Assembly: GCA_964422845.1 (NCBI GenBank) | Contig: CAYRCT010000001.1 | Span: 1-47,738, forward strand | DNA length: 47,738 nucleotides | From: an uncultured Candidatus Saccharibacteria bacterium | GTDB lineage: Bacteria; Patescibacteriota; Minisyncoccia; Minisyncoccales; PEYH01 | Direction: 5' to 3' | Shown: one piece after another, positions 34,741 through 42,845 of the stretch | How the letters are laid out: every line of letters begins with the position of its first letter | How positions within the stretch are numbered: the first letter of the stretch is position 1 | Program-made: the position numbers and the translations under genes | Notes under the pieces: model-generated | Databases searched by the model: none | Told to the model about the DNA's origin: nothing | What the model saw: only the letters and a program-made list of their open reading frames with translations

Positions 34741-36219
34741 ATGACAAAAAGATTTAAAAAAATATTATTCTTCGGACTCTGTCTGCTCTTCCTTATATCA
34801 GCACCATCTGTAATTTTCTATTCTTTAGGATATCGTTTTGATTTTGAGAATATAAAAATCGTCCAAACAGGAGGCCTCTTTTTAAAAATTTCGCCTCCGG
34901 GAGTAATAGTTGATATTGATCAAGAATTACACAAAAAAACTAATTTCTTTTTTGATTCCGCCTTTATCAACGGATTAATACCGAAAGATTATCAAGTAAC
35001 TATTCAAAAGACTGATTATCATCCGTGGAGCAAGGTTTTAAAAATAGAAGAGAAACAAGTTACTGAAGCGAAAAACATTGTCCTATTTCCCAAAAATCCA
35101 GAATTTAACCTTGTAAACAAGGATATAAATGATTTTTTCCCTGCCCCTGATGGTAAAAAAATAATCTTTAAACTTACAGGAGAAATGGGATGGACCCTCA
35201 ATTCTTTTAATATTGAAACCAAAGAACAAAAAAAACTTGCGAGCGAACAAGAGCTTAAGCTATTGCAAGAGGATAAAAAAATCAATGAGATTACATTTCT
35301 TAATCTTGTCTGGTCTGACGATTCTCAAAGAATTCTTATTGAAATTAGCATAAAGGGTCAAAAACGATATCTTGTCCTTACAACAGAGCCAGAAACAAAT
35401 CTTTTTATTCTTGACTCTGAAACCAGTATAAAAAAGATTAGTTTTAGCCCAAGTAAATCTGAAGAATTATTCTTTATTGCGCTTGAACCCAAACAAAAAT
35501 TAACAGAAGAAGACAAAAAATCCAAAATTAGAAAAGAAGTTATTTTTCGTTTAAAGAGTGATGGCCAGCAAGTAATGTTAAAAAATTCTTCTCCTTCTTT
35601 TGAGCAAAATATTGTAAGCTATTTGGTTATAAAAGATAATATTGTCTGGCTCACTGATTCTGGATTTCTTTATCTCGGCCGATTAATAAATTCTGATAGA
35701 ATAGAATTGATTAAAATTCTAAACCTCAAACCAATAAATATTTATGAAGAAACAAATTATCAAATTATTGCTAAAGATTTTTCTAAAATCTTTCTCAAGC
35801 GAGACGAAACTCTTTATTATCTAAATCCTGAAACCCATTTATTGGAACAAATCTTTAATTCGATAAAGACAGTAAAATTTTCTCAAGATATGAAAAAGAT
35901 TATTGTTTCTACTGGTAATCAAATCTGGCTTTTTTATCTAGAAGAAGAGTACGAACAACCTAAAAGAAAAATTGGAGAAAAAATTCTTTTAGCCGGATTT
36001 CCAAACGAAATCAACAATCTTTTCTGGTTAAATAATTTCTATATAATTTTCCAAACCAACGAGTCAATAAAAATTGCAGAGATTGATAATCGCTCTAGGG
36101 TTAATTTAATTGAACTTACAACATTCCCCTGTTCTTCAATCTCTTGGTCTCAAGAACAAAAAACTCTTCTCGTCTCGAGTGAGAATAATCTCTTTTCTTG
36201 CAACGATATTATAAAATAG
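34741..36219 (+). CDS. Hypothetical membrane-anchored protein with a PEGA-like domain and beta-propeller-like repeats
   Basis: It has an N-terminal TM helix and a PEGA-like segment (YQVTIQKTDYHPWSKVL). TolB/WD40-like strands recur (DGKKIIF, SQRILIE, MKKIIVS). Confidence 0.55.
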   Translation: MTKRFKKILFFGLCLLFLISAPSVIFYSLGYRFDFENIKIVQTGGLFLKISPPGVIVDIDQELHKKTNFFFDSAFINGLIPKDYQVTIQKTDYHPWSKVLKIEEKQVTEAKNIVLFPKNPEFNLVNKDINDFFPAPDGKKIIFKLTGEMGWTLNSFNIETKEQKKLASEQELKLLQEDKKINEITFLNLVWSDDSQRILIEISIKGQKRYLVLTTEPETNLFILDSETSIKKISFSPSKSEELFFIALEPKQKLTEEDKKSKIRKEVIFRLKSDGQQVMLKNSSPSFEQNIVSYLVIKDNIVWLTDSGFLYLGRLINSDRIELIKILNLKPINIYEETNYQIIAKDFSKIFLKRDETLYYLNPETHLLEQIFNSIKTVKFSQDMKKIIVSTGNQIWLFYLEEEYEQPKRKIGEKILLAGFPNEINNLFWLNNFYIIFQTNESIKIAEIDNRSRVNLIELTTFPCSSISWSQEQKTLLVSSENNLFSCNDIIK

Positions 36220-36263
36220 AGCTTTCGGAAGTCCGATTTTAAACAGTTAATATAAAAAAATAT

Positions 36264-36287
36264 GGCTCGGGGTTTTGGCCCCAAGCC
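36264..36287. terminator. Hairpin terminator between convergent genes
   Basis: GGCTCGGGG-TTTTGG-CCCCAAGCC forms the stem. On the minus strand it is followed by ATATTTTTTT. Confidence 0.6.
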
Positions 36288-36300
36288 ACGATTGTTCTTT

Positions 36301-37023
36301 TCAGAGTGATGCCACGAACACCATGAAGCGTCCCTCTTCTTCTTTCTCCGCTCTTACTGCTCTAGAGTGAGAAAAAAACAGATAATCTCCACGGGAATCC
36401 TTTGAACAACAAGTGCAGCAATCAGCTACAACAATATTCCTCTCTAAAATTCCCTGTTCAATGATCTGTGTTACAATTTCGGAAACTAGATCTGTTCCAT
36501 TGTAACAACATGGACCAATTCCTGGCCCAATGGCAATCCTCATCGAGGTTGTCGTTACTCCAATCTCTTTCATTCTTTGTATAGTCTTAGCAACGATGCC
36601 AAGACGAGTCCCCTTGAGGCCAGAATGGACTAATGACAAGAGGGAATACTTCCGATCATTGCTACCCGTTATAATCACAGGATAACAATCGGCTGGCAAA
36701 AGTGCTAATCCGACTCCATGTCGCGCTGTAATTAGACTATCGCATTCAACTCTCTCGCCCACGCTTTCTGAACCAACAAGCCTAATCTTGTCCCCATGTT
36801 TTGGAGATATGGTTACGATCGCTTGAGGAGAAAGATCGAAAAAAGACAAAAGACTTTTTCGATTCTCTCTCGCCATATTCGGATCGCCGAAACCATTAGA
36901 CATATTTCCCGAAGGAAGAGTAGAAAAACCGTGTGAGAGAGAAAGTTCTTCCTCTCCAAACTGGGCTACACCATAGGGCTTGATATCTAAATTAACCCTC
37001 TTCGCATCTACTTTTTTGGCCAC
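36301..37023 (-). CDS. pgeF: YfiH/PgeF-family (Cu-oxidase_4, LACC1-like) protein
   Basis: It has the family motifs HG...DSLIT...ADCYPV...HSGLKGT...IGPGIGPCCY. The start was moved to the GTG at 37023, which lies 8 nt after AAGGGG. Confidence 0.75.
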   Translation of the reverse strand: MAKKVDAKRVNLDIKPYGVAQFGEEELSLSHGFSTLPSGNMSNGFGDPNMARENRKSLLSFFDLSPQAIVTISPKHGDKIRLVGSESVGERVECDSLITARHGVGLALLPADCYPVIITGSNDRKYSLLSLVHSGLKGTRLGIVAKTIQRMKEIGVTTTSMRIAIGPGIGPCCYNGTDLVSEIVTQIIEQGILERNIVVADCCTCCSKDSRGDYLFFSHSRAVRAEKEEEGRFMVFVASL

Positions 37024-37104
37024 CTTTATCACCCCTTATTAGATTGAAAATCTTATTGCTAAACAAACAATACCATAGAAATAAAGATTTGTAAAGGTCT
37101 TTAA

Positions 37105-37132
37105 AACAAAAAACCGGGTTTTTAGGCCCGGC
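37105..37132 (-). terminator. Rho-independent terminator after rpsI
   Basis: The minus strand reads CCGGG-CCTAAAAA-CCCGG followed by TTTTTTG. Confidence 0.65.
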
Positions 37133-37146
37133 TTCTTATTTCAATG

Positions 37147-37677
37147 TTATCGCTTAGACCATTGTGGTCCTTTTCTGGCTCGTTTAAGTCCGAATTTCTT
37201 TCGCTCCCTCATCCTTGGATCTCTAGTTAAAAATCCGGATTTTTTAAGTTGTTTCCTAAATTCTGGATTAAATTTAATCAAAGCACGAGAGAGTCCATGT
37301 CTTACTGCTTCCGCCTGTGCATGAGAGCCCCCTCCCTTAACTCTAGCAGAGACCTTGAACTTATCCTCACTGCTTATCATTTCTATGGGTGATAGAAGAA
37401 TTTTCTGTGATTCAATAGTAGGAAAATAATCTTGATAATTTTTTTCATTTACTAAAAATCCTTCCCCCGATTTAGTCCAAATCCGAATTCTAGCAACAGC
37501 TGTTTTTCTTCTTCCTACTGCTTCAATGTATCTCTCTACTTTGGGAGCTTTTTTCTTAATCGGTTTCTTGGATTCAGCAATAGTTTTTTTAATATTCTCA
37601 ACTGGTTTTTTAACCGACTTTTTAATCGGTTTCTTTTTAGCTATTTTTGACTTTTTTTCTTCTATTTTTTTAGGCAT
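37147..37677 (-). CDS. rpsI: Ribosomal protein uS9 with a Lys-rich N-terminal extension
   Basis: It has the GRRKTAVARI motif and ends ...RKGPQWSKR. About 45 extra K-rich residues lie at the N-terminus. Confidence 0.93.
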   Translation of the reverse strand: MPKKIEEKKSKIAKKKPIKKSVKKPVENIKKTIAESKKPIKKKAPKVERYIEAVGRRKTAVARIRIWTKSGEGFLVNEKNYQDYFPTIESQKILLSPIEMISSEDKFKVSARVKGGGSHAQAEAVRHGLSRALIKFNPEFRKQLKKSGFLTRDPRMRERKKFGLKRARKGPQWSKR

Positions 37678-37723
37678 AACTATTAATAAAATGTATTCTT
37701 TTTTACAAAGATAATTATAAAAA

Positions 37724-38074
37724 TTATAATTCTACTTTTAATCGCTTTATTTGTTCTGGTCTCAATTTATTCTTGGGTAACATTCCCCAAACTGCTTTTT
37801 TAAGCACTTCAACTGGATTTTCTTCAAAAAGTTTACTCAAAGGAGTTTCTTTTAATCCTCCCAGATAACCAGAATGCCTGTAATATATCTTTTGATCCAT
37901 CTTCTTGCCTGTAAATTTAATTTTTTTGAAATTCTTTATTATTACAAAATCACCGGCATCCTTGTTCGGCATAAAATCTTCTTTGTGTTTGCCTCTCAAA
38001 AGGCCAACAATTTCAACTGCTAACCTTCCCAATGGCCTATCTGTGGCATCAATTGTATGAGTTTCTCTTTCCAT
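37724..38074 (-). CDS. rplM: Ribosomal protein uL13 (short, 116 aa)
   Basis: It has the LGRLAVEIVGLLRGKHK and DAGDFVII motifs. Confidence 0.92.
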   Translation of the reverse strand: MERETHTIDATDRPLGRLAVEIVGLLRGKHKEDFMPNKDAGDFVIIKNFKKIKFTGKKMDQKIYYRHSGYLGGLKETPLSKLFEENPVEVLKKAVWGMLPKNKLRPEQIKRLKVEL

Positions 38075-38424
38075 TATTTAACAAATTCAATAATAGCGAT
38101 TTTTGCTCCATCGCTCGCCCTGGGTCCTTTTTTGATAATTCTTGTATAACCCCCTGCGCGATTCTTGTAAGAAGGAGCAATTTCTTCAATTAATTTTTTA
38201 ACTGTTGGATTAGAAAAAATCTTTAACAATTCCCTTCTCGCAGCCAAATCACCTTTTTTTGCTTTAGTTATTTTCTTCTCAACAAAAGAAGAAAGTTCTT
38301 TTGCTTTTGCCTCGCTAGTCTCAATTCTACCATTTAAAATCAAGGCTCTAGCTAGACTCTTTAGTAAGGCCTTTCTTTGTCCTGATGTTCTGTGAAATTT
38401 TCTCCCGACTTTTCGTTTTTTCAT
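38074..38424 (-). CDS. rplQ: Ribosomal protein bL17
   Basis: It has GRKFHRTSGQRKALLKSLA and ends ...DGAKIAIIEFV. Confidence 0.92.
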   Translation of the reverse strand: MKKRKVGRKFHRTSGQRKALLKSLARALILNGRIETSEAKAKELSSFVEKKITKAKKGDLAARRELLKIFSNPTVKKLIEEIAPSYKNRAGGYTRIIKKGPRASDGAKIAIIEFVK

Positions 38425-38427
38425 CTT

Positions 38428-39270
38428 TTATTTTTTCTTCTTGGGTTTGGTCGCTTTTTTCAATACAACTTTATTTTTAATCGCTTTTTTTGTCTTCTTC
38501 TCTACTTTTTTGACTGGTTTTTCTTTCTTTACTTTCTTTACTTTCTTCACCTTCTTTTCTGTCTTTTTAATTGGTTTTTTTATCAAAACATCTTTCTCTC
38601 CAAATATCAAAGAAAAATGATTAACTAAAATTTCAGTCGCCTCTATCAATGCCTGTTCTGGAGATATCGTGCCATCACTTTTTACAGTTATAAACAGACG
38701 ATCAAAATCAGTTCTTTCTCCTACTCTCATATTTTCAACCCGATAATTAACATTTTTGACTGGTGTATAAATAGCATCTAGACTAATTTGTCCGATCTCT
38801 AATTTTTCTTTTTCTCGCATTTCTCTTGGTTCATATCCTACTCCTTTCTCAACTAAAATTTCCATCTCTAAATCTGCTTTTTTATCGGTAAGAGTGGCAA
38901 TGTGTAAATCTTTGTTAATTAATTCTATTTGAGATGGCAATTCAAAATCAGATCCTTCTACATCTTTTTCTCCATGAACTTTTAATACAGCTCTCTGTGG
39001 CTCATCTCCATAAAGCTTGAAACGAAGATTTTTCAGATTAAGACAAATATTGATGACATCTTCCATCACGCCTGACAAAGTAGCAAATTCATGCTGAACT
39101 CCTTTTATGTTCACTCGAGTAATTGCGGCCCCAGGAAGAGAAGAAAGGAGAACTCTACGCAAAGTATTGCCTATTGTAATGCCATAGCCAGGATAAAGTC
39201 CTTCTATCACAAAAGTAGATTGATTTTCCTTTTTTTCAATAACTTTCGGTGGCTTGGGTAATGAAATCAT
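38428..39270 (-). CDS. rpoA: RNA polymerase alpha subunit: NTD only plus a Lys-rich tail
   Basis: The alpha-NTD motifs are present (GNTLRRVLLSSLPGAAIT, DAIYTPV). The last ~55 aa read KKPIKKTEKKVKKVKKVKKEKPVKKVEKK... and no alpha-CTD sequence is seen. Confidence 0.9.
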   Translation of the reverse strand: MISLPKPPKVIEKKENQSTFVIEGLYPGYGITIGNTLRRVLLSSLPGAAITRVNIKGVQHEFATLSGVMEDVINICLNLKNLRFKLYGDEPQRAVLKVHGEKDVEGSDFELPSQIELINKDLHIATLTDKKADLEMEILVEKGVGYEPREMREKEKLEIGQISLDAIYTPVKNVNYRVENMRVGERTDFDRLFITVKSDGTISPEQALIEATEILVNHFSLIFGEKDVLIKKPIKKTEKKVKKVKKVKKEKPVKKVEKKTKKAIKNKVVLKKATKPKKKK

Positions 39271-39290
39271 AATATAAAAATGATTAATTA

Positions 39291-39932
39291 TTATCTTGAA
39301 TAAAATTCAAAAATAGATGAAATCTCTGCTGGTGGACTTGCCTCTTCTAGTGTTGGCAAACCGATTACTTCTCCATCAACTTTCTTTTTGTCTAATTTAA
39401 GCCAAACAGGCGCTTCATATTTTTTTAAAGAAACATCTAATCTTTTAAATATTTCCTTATCCTGAAATTTTGGACAAAAACTTATTTTATCTCCTTTTTT
39501 AGCTGTAAAACTAGGAATATCAACTTTCTTGTCATTAACCAAGAACTGACCATGAGAAACCATCTGGCGAGCTTGAGTGCGATTAATAGCAAAGCCCAAT
39601 CTAAAAATAATATTATCTAAGCGGGTCTCTAATTTTTGAATTAAAAGCTCCGCAGGATTCTCCCCTGTAGAAGAAGCCCGACGAGTTCTCTCAAGAACAT
39701 CTTTAGCATACTTACTAAATTGTCTCTCTCTTAATCCATACCAATTTCTTAACTTTTGCTTTTCTCTTAACTCCTTACCATATTCTGATAAAGGTCGTCC
39801 TCTTTTTTTCTTTACTAACCCAGGAGGATATGCCTTTTTAATCATTGGACATTTAGCAGAAAAACACTTTTCTCCTTTTAAGAATAGTTTCCTTCCTGCT
39901 CTTCGACAAATTTTACATTTTGCGTCTTTCAT
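39291..39932 (-). CDS. rpsD: Ribosomal protein uS4
   Basis: It has an N-terminal zinc-ribbon-like CKICRRAGRKLFLKGEKC and an S4 RNA-binding domain (RLDNIIFRLGFA). Confidence 0.93.
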   Translation of the reverse strand: MKDAKCKICRRAGRKLFLKGEKCFSAKCPMIKKAYPPGLVKKKRGRPLSEYGKELREKQKLRNWYGLRERQFSKYAKDVLERTRRASSTGENPAELLIQKLETRLDNIIFRLGFAINRTQARQMVSHGQFLVNDKKVDIPSFTAKKGDKISFCPKFQDKEIFKRLDVSLKKYEAPVWLKLDKKKVDGEVIGLPTLEEASPPAEISSIFEFYSR

Positions 39933-39992
39933 TTGACTTAAATCCTCCCGCTCCCGTCCTCCCTACTAGAAAGGCGAGGGCGTAGTGGGATT

Positions 39993-40448
39993 TTAATTTC
40001 TTCTTTTCTTGGGGAGACGGCAACCATTATGAGGAATTGAAGTAACATCCTCGAGAGAAACAATGTTTACGCCGTGTGCAACTAAGGCTCTAACAGCTGA
40101 TTCGCGTCCTCCTCCAATTCCTTTAACTTTAATACTTATCTCTTCTATCTTTAGTTTTTGAATAGTCTGAGCCATTAACTCTGCAACTCTGTTAGCAGCA
40201 TAAGGCGTGCCCTTTTTTGTTCCCTTAAAACCAACTTTCCCAGCACTAGCCCAAAACAAAACGTTCCCTTGTTCGTCGGTAAGAGTTAATATCGTATTAT
40301 TATAAGAGGAGAAAACATAAACAAATCCTTTTTTTAAATATTTTTTAAGATTTGGAGAAGATGCAACTTTTTGCATCTTTGATTCAATCTCTTCTTTCTC
40401 TTTTAATAACTCTTCTTGACTTTTTTTAATAACTTTTTTCTTTCCCAT
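39993..40448 (-). CDS. rpsK: Ribosomal protein uS11 with an N-terminal extension
   Basis: It has the C-terminal DVTSIPHNGCRLPKKRR motif. Confidence 0.93.
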   Translation of the reverse strand: MGKKKVIKKSQEELLKEKEEIESKMQKVASSPNLKKYLKKGFVYVFSSYNNTILTLTDEQGNVLFWASAGKVGFKGTKKGTPYAANRVAELMAQTIQKLKIEEISIKVKGIGGGRESAVRALVAHGVNIVSLEDVTSIPHNGCRLPKKRRN

Positions 40449-40553
40449 ATGTCAATTCTGCCCAAAAAGGCAAATGAATGATAATGAATGTGGCCCGATC
40501 GGCTGCAGGACTAAACACCTCTCTCAAGGCGAGTCGCCAATTGACTCTTTTTA

Positions 40554-40623
40554 TTCAAGATTAATTCAAGAATATATATTTATACATTAATGAATCAAGG
40601 TTCTTGAGGAGTGAAACGACGAA
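40554..40623 (-). repeat. 70-bp intergenic repeat, copy 2, upstream of rpsK
   Basis: It is 69/70 identical to 15971-16040. The promoter-like TTGATT-16-TATATT lies at 40598-40571. A second AGAACCTTGATTC-16-TATAAG unit lies at about 40625-40665. Confidence 0.8.
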
Positions 40624-40677
40624 AGGTTCTTATATATTTATTTCTTAGCGAATCAAGGTTCTGCCGTAGGCAGGTTC

Positions 40678-41067
40678 TTACTTCGGCGCAGGAGCGCCTT
40701 TACGTCCCGAACCAACTGTTTTTCTTAAATTACCTCTTACTGTTCTTGAATTTACTCTAGTGGTCTGTCCTCTCACTGGAAGCCCTTTCTTATGACGCAG
40801 TCCTCTCCAAGAGCCAATATCTTTTAATCTTTTTATAGACATCATGCGAATTTTACGAATCTCTCCCTCAACTTTATATTTTGAAGTAATAATCTCTTGA
40901 ATTTTATGTGCTTCATCATTCTTCAAACTATCCACTTTTCTATCGGCCTCAATACCTGCTTCCATTAAAATTTTTTTACTCGAAGTACGTCCTATTCCGA
41001 GAACATAGGTTAATCCAATCTCTATTTGTTTATTAGGAGGCAAATTAACGCCTGATATTCTTACCAT
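40678..41067 (-). CDS. rpsM: Ribosomal protein uS13
   Basis: It starts MVRISGVNLP and has a basic C-terminal tail. Confidence 0.93.
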   Translation of the reverse strand: MVRISGVNLPPNKQIEIGLTYVLGIGRTSSKKILMEAGIEADRKVDSLKNDEAHKIQEIITSKYKVEGEIRKIRMMSIKRLKDIGSWRGLRHKKGLPVRGQTTRVNSRTVRGNLRKTVGSGRKGAPAPK

Positions 41068-41070
41068 AAA

Positions 41071-41187
41071 TTACTTCCCCTGTCTTTGTTTGTGTTTGGG
41101 ATTTTTACAAATAACATAAACTCGTCCTTTTCTTCGCACGATTTTACATTTATTACAAATTTTTTTTACTGAAGATCGGACTTTCAT
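41071..41187 (-). CDS. rpmJ: Ribosomal protein bL36 (absent from the ORF track because it is under 60 aa)
   Basis: Hand translation gives [38 protein letters not shown]. It lies in the canonical position between infA and rpsM. Confidence 0.9.
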   Translation of the reverse strand: MKVRSSVKKICNKCKIVRRKGRVYVICKNPKHKQRQGK

Positions 41188-41263
41188 AATAAAAAACAAA
41201 TATTCCTATATTTGCAAAAGCAATTAACGAATTATTTTAAAACTATATATTCGATACAAATTT

Positions 41264-41485
41264 TTATTTCTTTCTATAGACTATTCTTCCCCTATCGTCT
41301 TCAAGAGAGGCCATTTCTATTGTTACTCTATCTCCTGGCAGAATTTTAATTCTGTGTATTCTTAATTTGCCAGCCAAATGAGCAAGCACCATTTTGCCGT
41401 TCTCAAGTTTAACTCTAAAAAGAGTGCTTGGTAACGCCTCCTCAATTATTCCATCTATTCTATTTGTTTCTTTTTTTGGACTCAT
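41264..41485 (-). CDS. infA: Translation initiation factor IF-1
   Basis: It has an S1-like fold (GIIEEALPSTLFRVKLENGKMVLAHLAGKLR). The start was moved to the ATG at 41485; the track begins at an upstream TTG. Confidence 0.92.
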   Translation of the reverse strand: MSPKKETNRIDGIIEEALPSTLFRVKLENGKMVLAHLAGKLRIHRIKILPGDRVTIEMASLEDDRGRIVYRKK

Positions 41486-41502
41486 TAACAATAGTGATTA
41501 AA

Positions 41503-41531
41503 AGCATAACATTATTTAATTTGAGAGTCAA
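41503..41531 (-). promoter_or_regulatory. Candidate promoter for infA-rpmJ-rpsM
   Basis: The minus strand has TTGACT, a 17-nt spacer, then an extended -10 (TGT-TATGCT). Confidence 0.4.
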
Positions 41532-41536
41532 CTATT

Positions 41537-42844
41537 TTACTCAAACATTACAATTACTTCAACTTCTGTCGGTTCAGCGGCGACACTTCGTGCCCAAAAT
41601 GGCTTGAATTCAATTACTGGTGGTTTTAATAATCCCGGACAAATTTCTAATGCGTATCTTGCAATATCACGTTTCCCGCGACCTCTAGCAATTTCTTTTA
41701 AAGAATCCTTATCTATCTTGGAGTAAACGTTAATAGAAATTTCTAATTTTCCCTTGATATCTTTTCCTTTAATATCTGTGGCACCTCCTAAAATTTGTTT
41801 TTCTTCTGGCAAAAACTTGACTGTTAAAAGTTCTTCTATAAAATCCTTACTTGCGGATAAACTAGAGATAGCGTACTCTTTGGCAAATTCTAAAAGAAAA
41901 TTAGTTCGTATCTTAAGCCCTTTTGCCTTAACTTTTATTTCGTAAAGAAAAACATCCATTTCTTGTCCTTCTTTAGCATTTAATGCCATTCCTTCAATCA
42001 ATTCTAATTCAATGCTATCGTCTAGTATCTCAAAATCGGGGCCAACTTCATCCTCTAGTGCTGCTTTGATTTCTTGACGTGCTACTTCTAAAAGTTGTTT
42101 TTTTGCGTTTTCAAAGCTTTCTTCAGTAACCTTATAAACGATATTTTTTCTTCCTCCTTCCATGTTAGAAAAAGATCTACCAAAAATATCGTAATACAAT
42201 TGTGGAGGAGCAAAATTTCTTAAGCCAGGCACAGAGAAAACACATTGTTCAATATTATATTCGTCTCCAGCCTCACTAGCTATAACAGGAGCATCGATAT
42301 ATCCACCAACAGGAATAGTCGCCTTTTGTTGGATATGAAACTGACGAGCCGGTTCGCTAGAAGAGAGAAATCTCGTGCCTTCCACCAGGCTAACGGTTCG
42401 TGTGTGTTTGTTATAAATTCTAATTATTCCTTTAGCTTTTTCCTCAACGCTAACCTCAGAAGAAGAAAATTCTTTAGTAAATGTTTTTTCTATTTCCACG
42501 GGAACAGCAGGAATAATAGTTTCAGATAAATCAGTGGGAGACAAAAGAAATTCAGAACTAGAGGTAGAAAAAACAACATTTGCGTTAAGTGTTAATTTGT
42601 CTATGTGGGGAAAAAGCTCTATTCTGACTACTGTTCCAACAGAAAAAAACCAATAAATAACAATAGCAAATATTATCAAAACCGAAACAAATAAACCCCT
42701 CTTTTTGGAAAAAACAAATTGTTGCTTTTTTTCTTTTTTGTCCTCTATTCTGGCGGACTTTTTGACCAAAACTTTTTCAGACCTACCCAATATTTCTTCT
42801 CTTTTCCTTGGCGGAATAATATCGTAAATTTTCTTTTTTATCAT
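41537..42844 (-). CDS. Hypothetical membrane-anchored protein (435 aa)
   Basis: It has a basic N-terminus and one TM helix (LFVSVLIIFAIVIYWFF), followed by a large extracytoplasmic-looking domain. I recognised no family. Confidence 0.55.
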   Translation of the reverse strand: MIKKKIYDIIPPRKREEILGRSEKVLVKKSARIEDKKEKKQQFVFSKKRGLFVSVLIIFAIVIYWFFSVGTVVRIELFPHIDKLTLNANVVFSTSSSEFLLSPTDLSETIIPAVPVEIEKTFTKEFSSSEVSVEEKAKGIIRIYNKHTRTVSLVEGTRFLSSSEPARQFHIQQKATIPVGGYIDAPVIASEAGDEYNIEQCVFSVPGLRNFAPPQLYYDIFGRSFSNMEGGRKNIVYKVTEESFENAKKQLLEVARQEIKAALEDEVGPDFEILDDSIELELIEGMALNAKEGQEMDVFLYEIKVKAKGLKIRTNFLLEFAKEYAISSLSASKDFIEELLTVKFLPEEKQILGGATDIKGKDIKGKLEISINVYSKIDKDSLKEIARGRGKRDIARYALEICPGLLKPPVIEFKPFWARSVAAEPTEVEVIVMFE

Positions 42845-42845
42845 A

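Noticed and set aside
38430-38600. Low-complexity direct repeats (ctttactttctttactttcttcac...) that could be mistaken for a tandem repeat or CRISPR-like array
   Set aside because: They lie inside the rpoA reading frame and simply encode the KKVKKVKKVKK lysine-rich tail. There is no spacer/repeat architecture.
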